DNA from: an uncultured Oxalobacteraceae bacterium
GTDB taxonomy: Bacteria > Pseudomonadota > Gammaproteobacteria > Burkholderiales > Burkholderiaceae_D
Reading direction: 5' to 3'
Length of the DNA: 64,000 nucleotides
NCBI GenBank assembly: GCA_966250375.1
Contig: CBINHE010000002.1
Location: forward strand, 7,961 to 71,960
Part shown: piece after piece, positions 51,472 through 60,947 of the stretch
Position numbering within the stretch: position 1 is the stretch's first letter
How the letters are laid out: every line of letters starts with the position of its first letter
Program-made: the position numbers and the translations under genes
Notes under the pieces: generated by a model
Databases searched by the model: none
Seen by the model: only the letters and a program-made list of their open reading frames with translations
What the model was told of the DNA's origin: nothing

Positions 51472-51996
51472 ATGCGTACCAAATTTATCCGCTGGTGTAT
51501 CACCCTGATGCCGATCGCTTTCTGCAGTATGGCCTATGCGCATCCTGGCCATACGAATGGCACCATGGCCGGCATTCTCCATCCGCTTCTCGGCCTCGAT
51601 CATTTGTTCGCCATGCTTGCGGTCGGCGTATGGGCAGCTCAGTTAGGAGGACGTGCAAAGTGGCTGCTGCCAACCAGTTTCGTTACGCTCATGGCGCTGG
51701 CCGGCAGCATGGGCATGGCCGGTATCGCGTTGCCCATGGTGGAAAGCGGTATCGCCACTTCGGTGCTGCTGCTGGGCTTGCTGATTGCTTTTTCGGTGAA
51801 AGTGACGCCCGCTCTTGGCGCCGGCATCGTCGGTTTATTTGCCGTTTTTCACGGCTATGCGCATGGTGTAGAAATGCCCCTGCTGGGCTCGCCATGGCAG
51901 TATGGTTTCGGTTTTGTTGTGTCCACCATCGTATTGCATGGTCTGGGCCTGTTGCTTGGCGGGCGCTTGCAAACTCGAGCGTGCGCCATCAATTGA
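51472..51996 (+). CDS. hupE: HupE/UreJ-family Ni/Co transporter
   Basis: Signal peptide then AHPGH, HPLLGLDHLFAML, FHGYAHG motifs. AAGGAGA ribosome-binding site. The ORF-track start 51157 is rejected. Confidence 0.85.
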   Translation: MRTKFIRWCITLMPIAFCSMAYAHPGHTNGTMAGILHPLLGLDHLFAMLAVGVWAAQLGGRAKWLLPTSFVTLMALAGSMGMAGIALPMVESGIATSVLLLGLLIAFSVKVTPALGAGIVGLFAVFHGYAHGVEMPLLGSPWQYGFGFVVSTIVLHGLGLLLGGRLQTRACAIN

Positions 51997-52052
51997 CGCA
52001 ACGCTCGTATTCCAGGCTGCCAAGCCTACCGCAGATTACAAATGCGGACTGA

Positions 52053-52553
52053 TCAGTACGGTGTGAGAGACACGCGCAATTTCAATCTGTCGCCCGGTTC
52101 ATAGGGCATTACGCTGCTATAGGTATGGCCGCGATATTCGTACACTACGTTGTATCCGACAGTCCGCGATTCCCAGCGGTCGACAGTGTGGCACTGCCGT
52201 ACCGGTTGTTCCGTGACGACCGACTCGTTGTTGTTTTCTATCCGGTCTCCGACGATCGCACCGGTAATCGCGCCAACTGCGGTCGCGGCAGTGCGACCAT
52301 TGCCGCCACCGATCTGGTTGCCGAGAATCCCTCCGGCCAAGCCGCCAATGATGGAGCCGCCGACACCGCGTTGTTGCGGACGCTGCGCCTGTTGTACGTA
52401 TTCGGTCCTGCATTCCTGACGCGGCTGATTGAATTGCTCGACTTGCGGCGACACGCTCACCACGCGAGCATAGTCGTCAAAATCGGCTGCCTGTGCGGAT
52501 GAGGCGATGCCCCAAAACATAAGCGGAATACTTGCGTAAATTGATTTTTTCAT
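52053..52553 (-). CDS. Secreted glycine-zipper (2TM) domain protein
   Basis: Signal peptide (SSAQA-AD). GGSIIGGLAGGILGNQIGGG..TAATAVGAITGAIVGD glycine zipper. Confidence 0.75.
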   Translation of the reverse strand: MKKSIYASIPLMFWGIASSAQAADFDDYARVVSVSPQVEQFNQPRQECRTEYVQQAQRPQQRGVGGSIIGGLAGGILGNQIGGGNGRTAATAVGAITGAIVGDRIENNNESVVTEQPVRQCHTVDRWESRTVGYNVVYEYRGHTYSSVMPYEPGDRLKLRVSLTPY

Positions 52554-52894
52554 GGAACGCCCCCTTTTTTGTTTGTAGATAAGCTAGTAAACGCCGAAAT
52601 GCATGGATGGACTACAAGAATTGTGTAAGAGAATGTTTCTGAGACAACGTGGAAGAGAATGGCCGGTATGTTCCTCCGTTTATATCTTAAGCGACTGAAG
52701 TCATACGTGGTTGATTATGCTGTTGCGGTTCCTGATGTAAGCGCAGGCAGCAGCAATTCTATTTCAATGTCCCCCTCCCACGTTGACAGATAACCGCGTG
52801 GGCACATAAAGCCGTGCTCACCCTACATGGCTCACTCGTAAATGCGAGCAGAAAATAGAGTTATTTAATGTTGTTTGTAGTTGTCAGCGGACGT

Positions 52895-52935
52895 TAAAAA
52901 AGGCTGCAAACCTTTGGTTATGCGGTTTGCAGCCT
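52895..52935 (-). terminator. Rho-independent terminator downstream of tRNA-Arg
   Basis: aggctgcaaacc / ggtttgcagcct 12-bp stem with a T-run on the minus strand. Confidence 0.65.
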
Positions 52936-52963
52936 TATATCGGTGTTTTCGATTTGGTGGGGG

Positions 52964-53038
52964 TGGTCCCGCCGACAGGAATCGAACCTGTATCTAGCGC
53001 TTAGGAGGCACTTGTTCTATCCATTGAACTACGGCGAG
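52964..53038 (-). tRNA. tRNA-Arg (anticodon CCU)
   Basis: Hand-folded 75-nt cloverleaf: CTCGCCG-TA-GTTC-AATGGATA-GAAC-A-AGTGC-CTCCTAA-GCGCT-AGAT-ACAGG-TTCGATT-CCTGT-CGGCGGG-A-CCA. CCA is encoded. Confidence 0.9.
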
Positions 53039-53197
53039 ACGCTGGCAACTTGATGGTTATTTTTAAATTACACCCGGGATTATAGCCGACACATACGCCA
53101 AGAATCACGGTTAGTACATGCAAATCGGTACAATGCTGGCTTCATTCATTCAATTGGTCACACTTTTCAGTGTATCGGCCATATCAATCAGGCATTT

Positions 53198-55111
53198 ATG
53201 GCAGTCATTTCTCTCTCCAATGCGCAACTCGCATTTGGCCATGTCGCATTGCTGGATCATGCGGAATTTTCTCTTGAGTCGGCTGAACGTGTCGGTTTGA
53301 TTGGACGCAACGGCACCGGCAAATCGTCGTTGCTCAAAATCCTTGCAGGGAGATCCAAACTGGACGACGGTTTGCTGGTCATGCAGCAGGGCCTCAAGAT
53401 TGCGTATGTAGAACAGGAGCCGCATTTTGCGTCCGACATGACAGTATTCGATGCGGTCGCGTCCGGCTTGGGCGAGCTGCCGGCATTGCTGGCGGAATAT
53501 GAGGCATTGACCGGGCAATTCGGCGGCGACAATGACGATGCGCTGATGGAGCGGATGCACGATATCCAGGTCAAACTCGATGCGGGAGACGCGTGGAATT
53601 TGAACAATCGTGTAGAGACTACGCTTGACCGCTTGAATCTTGCCAAGGATTCGCTGATGGGGACCTTATCGGGCGGGATGCAAAAGCGCGTGGCGTTGGC
53701 ATGCGCGTTGGTCAGTGCGCCGGATGTGTTGCTGTTGGATGAACCGACCAACCATCTCGACTTTACATCGATTCTGTGGCTGGAGGGCTTGCTGCGCGAC
53801 TACAAGGGTAGCGTGCTGTTCATCACACATGATCGCAGCTTTCTGGATAATGTCGCTACCCGCATCATCGAACTGGATCGGGGGCGCCTGGTTTCTTTTC
53901 CCGGTAATTTCAGTACTTATCAAACGCGCAAGGCCGAGCAGCTTGAGGTGGAGGAGGTCGAAAATGCCAAGTTCGACAAATTTCTCGCGCAGGAAGAAGT
54001 CTGGATACGCAAGGGCGTACAGGCGCGCCGCACACGAGACGAAGGCCGGGTGCGACGACTGGAGGCATTGCGGCTGCAGCGCAGCGCACGGCGCGAGCAG
54101 CAAGGACAGGTCAAGCTGGATGTATCGACCGGCGATCGGTCGGGCAAGATCGTTGCCGAACTGACCGACGTCAACAAGAGTTACGGCGGCAAAGTGATCG
54201 TGCGTGACTTTAGCGCGACGATCCTGCGCGGCGATAAGGTGGGCTTGATCGGGCCGAATGGTGCCGGCAAAACCACGCTGCTGAAACTTATTTTAGGTGA
54301 AGAGAAAGCGGATGCCGGCACGATCCGTCAAGGCACTAAATTGCAAGTCGCCTATTTCGATCAGATGCGCGCGCAATTGAACGAGGAAGCCAGTTTGGCC
54401 GATACGATTGCGCCGGGTAGCGACTGGGTTGAAATCAATGGCCAGCGCAAGCACGTGATGACCTATCTGAACGATTTCCTGTTTGCGCCGGAACGCGCAC
54501 GTTCACCGGTCAAGTCCTTGTCGGGCGGCGAACGCAATCGCCTGTTGTTGGCACGTTTGTTCGCCAAACCGGCTAATGTGTTGGTATTGGACGAGCCGAC
54601 CAATGACCTCGATATCGACACGCTGGAGCTATTGGAAGAACTGTTGGAAGACTATAGCGGCACGGTGTTTTTGGTCAGTCACGATCGGACCTTCCTTGAC
54701 AATGTCGTCACGCAAGTGATTGCTTCCGAAGGAAACGGACTGTGGCGCGAATACATTGGCGGCTACAGTGATTGGGAGCGGGTTCGTCCGACAAGCGCGT
54801 CGTCAGGGGCGGCAAAGGGTGCCGCCAGGATCGATGTGAAAATCGAGGCCAAAGAAGCTCCCCAGACAGTCGCTGTCAAGAAAAAGAAACTCAGCTACAA
54901 AGAGCAGCGTGATCTGGAAGCATTGCCGGTTTTGATCGCGCAGTTGGAGGCAGAACAGAAAGCTATTTCAGAAAAGTTGGCCGATCCTGATTTATACAAG
55001 CAAGAGGCAGGAGCACTGCAACAGCTCAATCAGCGTTTCGCCGAAATCGATACGCTGCTGCTGGAAAATCTGGAGAAGTGGGAGGCGATCGAAGCGCGTA
55101 GCAAAGAGTGA
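53198..55111 (+). CDS. uup: ABC-F family ATPase (Uup-like)
   Basis: Two ABC cassettes (GRNGTGKSS, GPNGAGKTT; LSGGMQKR, LSGGERNR), no TM domain, C-terminal coiled coil. Confidence 0.9.
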   Translation: MAVISLSNAQLAFGHVALLDHAEFSLESAERVGLIGRNGTGKSSLLKILAGRSKLDDGLLVMQQGLKIAYVEQEPHFASDMTVFDAVASGLGELPALLAEYEALTGQFGGDNDDALMERMHDIQVKLDAGDAWNLNNRVETTLDRLNLAKDSLMGTLSGGMQKRVALACALVSAPDVLLLDEPTNHLDFTSILWLEGLLRDYKGSVLFITHDRSFLDNVATRIIELDRGRLVSFPGNFSTYQTRKAEQLEVEEVENAKFDKFLAQEEVWIRKGVQARRTRDEGRVRRLEALRLQRSARREQQGQVKLDVSTGDRSGKIVAELTDVNKSYGGKVIVRDFSATILRGDKVGLIGPNGAGKTTLLKLILGEEKADAGTIRQGTKLQVAYFDQMRAQLNEEASLADTIAPGSDWVEINGQRKHVMTYLNDFLFAPERARSPVKSLSGGERNRLLLARLFAKPANVLVLDEPTNDLDIDTLELLEELLEDYSGTVFLVSHDRTFLDNVVTQVIASEGNGLWREYIGGYSDWERVRPTSASSGAAKGAARIDVKIEAKEAPQTVAVKKKKLSYKEQRDLEALPVLIAQLEAEQKAISEKLADPDLYKQEAGALQQLNQRFAEIDTLLLENLEKWEAIEARSKE

Positions 55112-55139
55112 TATTTCACAACGCTTGGTATCGGACCTC

Positions 55140-55465
55140 TAGAGCGGATTGCAAATCACAGTAGGCTGCGCCCCGCGCACCGATACCGTCGCAAGAGCAC
55201 TACCTTATACCAATCTGCAGCCATAACGTGACATTAAATCGCGTCTTTTTTCGCCTGGCTGCGTTGCTCGTCGTTGCCATAGCTCGCTATGGCGCGTCCT
55301 CTCCCTTGCAGGGCGCGTCTGCGCTTGCAAGCGCAGACCGTTACGCAGGCGGACAGTATGCTGTCCGAATTCCCTGCTACACCCTTGCCAGCCGAAAAAA
55401 TCCATCGATTTCATTGTCACGTTATGGCTGCAGATTGGTATTACATCGGAGCGCAAACCGCTCTA
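55140..55465. mobile_element. Composite repeat: TAGAGCGG-family copy A3 interrupted by copy B2
   Basis: Outer termini TAGAGCGGATTGC / GCAAACCGCTCTA. The inner element occupies 55207-55441. Confidence 0.6.
55207..55441. mobile_element. MITE-like hairpin repeat, copy B2 (235 bp, inverted relative to B1)
   Basis: 27-bp perfect terminal inverted repeat ATACCAATCTGCAGCCATAACGTGACA. Core 55236-55411 is homologous to 33676-33849. Confidence 0.7.
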
Positions 55466-56332
55466 ATTCAAGCGCTTGATTGCATCGCGCAACTCCGGCA
55501 ATTTGTCGCGCAACGCCGCCGCATCCGCCGCATACGGCCGCTCTGACAGGTAATCCTCGAGATCCTGCAAGGCGGCTTGCGGGCATTCCATATTTGCATA
55601 CGCCAGTCCGCGGTCGCGTCGCTCGATGATTTCATCCGGCAGCAGAATGACCATCCGCTCTTGCACGCTTAGCAAGTGCTCCCATTGATGGCGTTCCTGG
55701 AACAGCGCTTTCAGGTTGCGCAGCATGCGCACCAGAATTTCACGCGGTTGCGCTTCCTGCAAATAGGCCGCCAGCATTGCTTCCGCCGGGTACTCCTGCT
55801 GCTCAAGAAAAGACCCCAGACGTTCTTCCAGATCCTCACGCGACAAACTCGCGCCATTGAATGGGTCCAGAATGATATCGCCGGATTGCACGGACAATTT
55901 CATCAGAAAGTGGCCGGGAAAAGAAACGCCTTTGATGTTCAAGCCTATTTGTTCCGCCAGCTCCATGTACACGACAGCAAGTGAAATGGGGATGCCGCGC
56001 CGCGTGCTGATTACGCAATGCAGGTAGCTGTTGTCGGGCGTGTAGTAGTCGTTGATGTTGCCTGCGAAACCGAGCTCACGGTAAAAGAAATGATTCAGCA
56101 TCCGCAATTTTTGGATCGATGATGCATCGGATGGCAAGCGGCGCAGCAGTCGCGCTGCCAGAATATCGATTTCGGCTTGCGGTGCGCCCATGTCGAGTTG
56201 CGGGTTGCTACCTTGCGCAATAGCCAATGCGGCTTCAAACAACGGGATGCAATCATCCTGTTGCACCAGCGAAGTGAAATAGTCAAGGGAATTAATCATC
56301 ATATCGTGTTCATCATATAACCATGATGTCAC
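55463..56332 (-). CDS. SirB1/YchA-like protein (transglutaminase-like N-terminal domain plus TPR)
   Basis: 289 aa with the domain pattern of the SirB1 family. Stop codon TAG (55465-55463) coincides with the repeat terminus. Confidence 0.7.
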   Translation of the reverse strand: MTSWLYDEHDMMINSLDYFTSLVQQDDCIPLFEAALAIAQGSNPQLDMGAPQAEIDILAARLLRRLPSDASSIQKLRMLNHFFYRELGFAGNINDYYTPDNSYLHCVISTRRGIPISLAVVYMELAEQIGLNIKGVSFPGHFLMKLSVQSGDIILDPFNGASLSREDLEERLGSFLEQQEYPAEAMLAAYLQEAQPREILVRMLRNLKALFQERHQWEHLLSVQERMVILLPDEIIERRDRGLAYANMECPQAALQDLEDYLSERPYAADAAALRDKLPELRDAIKRLN

Positions 56333-56381
56333 TAAAGGAAAAACAGCCTGCTATCGGCGTTGCCGATAGCTTGGCCGTCAT

Positions 56382-57926
56382 TCAGTCCGAAATACGCTTG
56401 AAGTCCTGCACACGAAATCCCATTGCAAGTAATGCGCCAAAATAGGTAACGATGCAGACTGCGATCACTATTGTCAGCGCGATAATGCGTTTGAGCGGAT
56501 GCAGCGCCATCCAGTCGAAGTGGCCGGCAGCCCATAATGCCATGCCGCCCATCAGAAACAATGCCCCCGCGAGGCGGACGAAAAACAATCCCCAGCCGTG
56601 CCGTGCAGTATAAATCCCGGCTCGCCGCAAGCCGAAATACAGAAAAAGTGCATTCAAACATGCACCCAGCCCAACAGAAAGCGCCAAGCCGGCATGCGCT
56701 ATCCAAGGTACGAAAATCAAGTTCATGATTTGTGATGCAATCAACACGCTAATCGCAATTTTGACAGGCGTTCTGATGTTTTGTTTTGCATAAAAACCGG
56801 GGGCGAGAATTTTGACGACAATCAACCCGATCAGCCCGACACCGTAGGCGACCAACGCTTTGCCGGTCATATTGACCGCTTGCGCATCAAATTTACCATA
56901 GTAGTAGAGCGTGGTCGTCAACGGTTCCGACAGTGTCGCAAGCGCCACCGCACACGGCAACGCCAGTAAAAACGTCAAGCGCAGGCCCCAGTCGAGTAGT
57001 GCAGAATATTCGGTTTTGTCGCCGTCCGAATTCGCCTTCGAAAGACTGGGGAGCAAAATGGTGCCAAGCGCAACGCCGAGCAATGCTGTCGGGAATTCCA
57101 TCAAGCGGTCTGCATAGCCAAGCCAGGATACGCTGCCGTGTTCAAGACGAGATGCAATATTGGTATTGATCATGATGCTGATTTGAGCTGCGGAAACAGC
57201 GAAAACGGCAGGCCCCATTTTTTTTAATATACGCCGTACGCCAGGGTCATTCAACGCGAACAATGGATTGAAAGTCAGGCGCGGTAACATGCCGATCTTG
57301 ATCAGGGCAGGGATTTGAACGGCCAACTGCAAGATGCCGCCGACAAATACCGCGATTGCCAATGCATATACCGGTTGTTTCAAATACGGCGCCAGAAAAA
57401 GAGACGCTGCGATGGACGATAAATTCAGCAGGACGGGTGTAAAGGCCGGGATCTTGAATTCGCGCCAAGTATTCAGAATGCCGCCGGACAGCGCAACCAG
57501 GGACATGAACCCGATATACGGAAACATGATCCGAGTCATCACTACGGAGGCCTCGAATACGCCGGGCGTGGATTGGAGTCCGGTTGCAATCAAATAGACA
57601 ATGACCGGCGCGGCTATGATGCCAAGAACGCAGGTAAACAAAAGTACGCAGACCAGGATCGTTGCTACATGATCTACCAGATTTTTGGTGGCGGCATGCC
57701 CTTTCTGGATTTTATATTCGGCCAGAATCGGCACAAATGCTTGTGAAAATGCGCCTTCCGCAAATAACCGGCGCAGCAGGTTAGGAATGCGAAAGGCGAT
57801 GTTATACGCGTCTGTGTAAGCCGTCGCGCCGAATGCGCGTGCAATCAGTATGTCGCGAACCATTCCGGTCACGCGAGAAAGCATCGTCATGCCGGAAATG
57901 GTTGCGAGCGTTTTAAGCAAGTTCAT
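56382..57926 (-). CDS. murJ: Lipid II flippase MurJ (MviN)
   Basis: 514 aa polytopic protein. N-terminus LSRVTGMVRDILIARAFGA...DAYNIAFRIPNLLRRLFAEGAFSQAFVP. Confidence 0.95.
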   Translation of the reverse strand: MNLLKTLATISGMTMLSRVTGMVRDILIARAFGATAYTDAYNIAFRIPNLLRRLFAEGAFSQAFVPILAEYKIQKGHAATKNLVDHVATILVCVLLFTCVLGIIAAPVIVYLIATGLQSTPGVFEASVVMTRIMFPYIGFMSLVALSGGILNTWREFKIPAFTPVLLNLSSIAASLFLAPYLKQPVYALAIAVFVGGILQLAVQIPALIKIGMLPRLTFNPLFALNDPGVRRILKKMGPAVFAVSAAQISIMINTNIASRLEHGSVSWLGYADRLMEFPTALLGVALGTILLPSLSKANSDGDKTEYSALLDWGLRLTFLLALPCAVALATLSEPLTTTLYYYGKFDAQAVNMTGKALVAYGVGLIGLIVVKILAPGFYAKQNIRTPVKIAISVLIASQIMNLIFVPWIAHAGLALSVGLGACLNALFLYFGLRRAGIYTARHGWGLFFVRLAGALFLMGGMALWAAGHFDWMALHPLKRIIALTIVIAVCIVTYFGALLAMGFRVQDFKRISD

Positions 57927-58207
57927 GGAGCGGGATGATGGTAGCTGTTCGGGTTATTGCGATAGGCACCGCACAAGTGCTGGTGCAAGGGGGAAGGCGG
58001 CAGAATCTTCATGTGGAGTATATAGAAAAACCTTTGTTTTTCCCTCTGAGGTCATGTGAAAATTTAAAATGCTCTTGAGGAGTATTTGATTTTCAACTCG
58101 GCGGAGAGAGGTAAATTGCCAGATGCGCGGCATTTTCATCACAAATTTGGCACAACGCGAAACGCGATAATGCGGCCAACGCGAACGCACGCGAGGGCGG
58201 GACATAA

Positions 58208-58369
58208 TAGAGCGGTTTTCGTATGAGTGTGCGGGTGCTGCGGGCCGCTTTGGAGCGCATTGCGGCGTTGCTCGTCGCTTGTGTGGCTCGCCACACGGCG
58301 CTCCTCGCGCCTTGCCCTGGACCCCAAATCAACCCGCAGCACCCGCACACTCATACGAAAACCGCTCTA
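58208..58369. mobile_element. MITE-like hairpin repeat, TAGAGCGG family, copy A2 (162 bp)
   Basis: Perfect 37-bp terminal inverted repeat (58208-58244 / 58333-58369). Internal gcgttgctcgtcg-hairpin-ggcgctcctcgcgccttgc module. Confidence 0.7.
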
Positions 58370-58385
58370 GGTTCGTAAAGGGTAT

Positions 58386-59279
58386 TCAATACAATTTTTG
58401 CGACGCTTCATGCACTAGTTGCTGATACAGCGCATGCCGCATCACGGCGATCTGCTCCGATTCAACTGCCGAGAGGATGGCGCAAGAGGGTTCGTTCAGG
58501 TGGTGGCAATTATAAAATTTGCAGTGCCCCAGATGCGGTGCAAATTCGGGAAATGCACGCTCTAGCATTCCTTCAGAGAGATGATACAGGCCGAATTCCT
58601 GAAAGCCGGGCGAATCGATGATCGCCGTCTCTTTGTCGACTGCATACAGCCGGGTAAAGGTGGTGGTGTGCTTGCCGGTGTCGAGTGCAGCGGAAATTTC
58701 GCGCGTCGCAATGTCGGCATCCGGCACCAGCAGATTAATCAGCGACGATTTCCCCATGCCGGATTGGCCGATCAGGATCGATGATTCTCCTCGCATTAAA
58801 GGCATCAGCGCAGCGCACGTCGCTTCCGCTGCAGTGCGGGCGGATACTTCATGCACCGGATAACCGAGTCTTGCATACAAGGCCAGGCGCTCGCGTGTCC
58901 TGGGCAAGGATGCGGTGACATCGATTTTGTTGAGCACGATGTGGGCAGTGATGCCGGCCGCGTCCGCTGCAACCAGTGAGCGCGACACCAGGTCGTCGGA
59001 AAAGCTCGGTTCGGTTGCAACCACGATGAATAGTTGCGTGACGTTGGCGGCCAATAGCTTCGACTTGTATTGATCGGAGCGGTACAGCAATGTCTTGCGA
59101 TCAGTGATCGATTCGATGACACCCTGATTCGGTGAGGTCAATTTGAGATTGACGATGTCGCCGACCGTCACATCGCTTTTCTTGCCGCGGGTGACGCATT
59201 GCAGGCGCGCGGTATCGGTCTGCGCAAGGTAGTGCCGGCCATGCGCGGCGATGATGGTGCCGGTAAGATTCTCCATCAA
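58386..59279 (-). CDS. rsgA: Ribosome small-subunit-dependent GTPase A
   Basis: Circularly permuted GTPase: [18 protein letters not shown], zinc motif C.F..C.H..EP.C. Confidence 0.92.
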   Translation of the reverse strand: MMENLTGTIIAAHGRHYLAQTDTARLQCVTRGKKSDVTVGDIVNLKLTSPNQGVIESITDRKTLLYRSDQYKSKLLAANVTQLFIVVATEPSFSDDLVSRSLVAADAAGITAHIVLNKIDVTASLPRTRERLALYARLGYPVHEVSARTAAEATCAALMPLMRGESSILIGQSGMGKSSLINLLVPDADIATREISAALDTGKHTTTFTRLYAVDKETAIIDSPGFQEFGLYHLSEGMLERAFPEFAPHLGHCKFYNCHHLNEPSCAILSAVESEQIAVMRHALYQQLVHEASQKLY

Positions 59280-59630
59280 TCAAGCGAACGATTGTTGAAA
59301 AATCGCGTCCACCTTGGCAGCGCAAATGAAGTCGTTTTCCGAAATGCCGCCGCGTCCGTCATTGACCGAATGGGTATCGAATTTAATGATGCACCGGTTG
59401 TAGGCCACCACCAGTTCCGGATGATGGTCTTCCGCATGGATCACGTAAGCAATCGCATTGATGAAGGCCAGGGTTTCATAGTAATTCTTGAATCCGAAGG
59501 TTTTGACGATCTTGCCTCCTTGCAGGGCCCAGCCTTCTACCGCAGACAGGTAGTCTTTGATTTCCGTGTCTGTCAAACCTGTGTCCAGGTGATGGCATTT
59601 TTTTTCGAGCAGGTCGGCAGCTTTTATCAT
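59280..59630 (-). CDS. phhB: Pterin-4a-carbinolamine dehydratase
   Basis: HHPE...Y..V.....TH motif (AEDHHPELVVAYNRCIIKFDTHS). ATG 59630 chosen. Confidence 0.88.
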   Translation of the reverse strand: MIKAADLLEKKCHHLDTGLTDTEIKDYLSAVEGWALQGGKIVKTFGFKNYYETLAFINAIAYVIHAEDHHPELVVAYNRCIIKFDTHSVNDGRGGISENDFICAAKVDAIFQQSFA

Positions 59631-59646
59631 GGGGATTACCTTGTTT

Positions 59647-60903
59647 TTAACTGGCGAGCAGTTTGTTGATTCGGACTGTTGCAGGCGGGTGCGAATCATA
59701 GAAAGCCGAATGCAGCGGATCAGGCGTGAGCGTGGATGCATTATCCTCATACAGTTTTACCAATGCAGCAACCAGATCCTGCGCATTGGTGTATTGAGCG
59801 GCGAATGCATCGGCTTCGAATTCATGCTTGCGCGACGTAATCGAGTTCAGCGGCGAAAACAGGAAGGTAAATACCGGCAGCACCAGCATGAACAGAATCA
59901 GTGCCATCGCATCGTTGCTCGCGCCCAGCATCGGATTGACGCCCAGTCCCGTATAGAACCAGGCTTGCGTCTTCAGATAACCCAATAACGCAAGAAACCC
60001 GAGCGACACGGCGAACATCACGGCAATGCGTTTGACAATGTGTTTCAGTTTGAAATGGCCGAGTTCATGCGCCAGCACCGCTTCGATTTCCTGCGGCGCG
60101 AGGCGTGACAGCAGCGTGTCGAAAAACACAATGCGCTTGGCCGCGCCGAAGCCGGAAAAATACGCATTGCCATGCGCACTGCGTTTGGACCCATCCATCA
60201 CGAACAAGCCGCTGGAGGCAAAACCAACGCGCTTCATCAGGTTCTCGATGCGTGTGCGCAGGCTATCATCTGCCAATGGCGTGAACTTGTTGAACAGCGG
60301 CGCGATCACGGTAGGGTAGAGCACCAGCATCAGCAACTGGAAGCCGCTCCACACGATCCATGCGTAGAACCACCATAAATCGCCGGCCTTTTCCATCAAG
60401 GTCAACATCACCCATATCAGCGGCAAACCGATCGCGGCGCCCAACAGTACGCCTTTTACCATGTCGGCAATGAACAGACCCAATGTCATTTTGTTGAAAC
60501 CGAATTTGGCTTCCAGCACAAATTGTTTGTAGTATTCAAAAGGCAAGTCGATCACTCCGGAAATAGTCACGAATGCGACCAGCAGGCCGATTTGATACGT
60601 CATGCCGGGGCCGGTGAGTTTGAGCATCGCGACCGATAGCCATTGCAATCCGCCCAACAGCGTGAAACCGATCAGGACTGCGGTGCTGATCAGCATCATC
60701 AGCAAGCCCATCTTGGTTTTCGCGATGGTGTAATCGGCCGCTTTTTGATGCGCGGCGAGCGGGATTTTTTCGGCGAATTGCGGCGGAACTGCGCTGCGAT
60801 GGGCGAGAATATGGCGGATATGACGTGAACTCAACCAGAAGCGAACAGCCAAGGTAATGAGAAGAAAGCTGACAAACAAAACTGAAAACGCGAGTGAATA
60901 CAT
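59647..60903 (-). CDS. M48-family (Ste24/HtpX-like) zinc metalloprotease
   Basis: Multi-TM N-terminal half, [10 protein letters not shown] zinc motif, downstream EFEADAFA. Confidence 0.88.
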   Translation of the reverse strand: MYSLAFSVLFVSFLLITLAVRFWLSSRHIRHILAHRSAVPPQFAEKIPLAAHQKAADYTIAKTKMGLLMMLISTAVLIGFTLLGGLQWLSVAMLKLTGPGMTYQIGLLVAFVTISGVIDLPFEYYKQFVLEAKFGFNKMTLGLFIADMVKGVLLGAAIGLPLIWVMLTLMEKAGDLWWFYAWIVWSGFQLLMLVLYPTVIAPLFNKFTPLADDSLRTRIENLMKRVGFASSGLFVMDGSKRSAHGNAYFSGFGAAKRIVFFDTLLSRLAPQEIEAVLAHELGHFKLKHIVKRIAVMFAVSLGFLALLGYLKTQAWFYTGLGVNPMLGASNDAMALILFMLVLPVFTFLFSPLNSITSRKHEFEADAFAAQYTNAQDLVAALVKLYEDNASTLTPDPLHSAFYDSHPPATVRINKLLAS

Positions 60904-60947
60904 TCTTTGCCTGTGCGAAAATGGCGAATTACCTAGGAATACAAATT

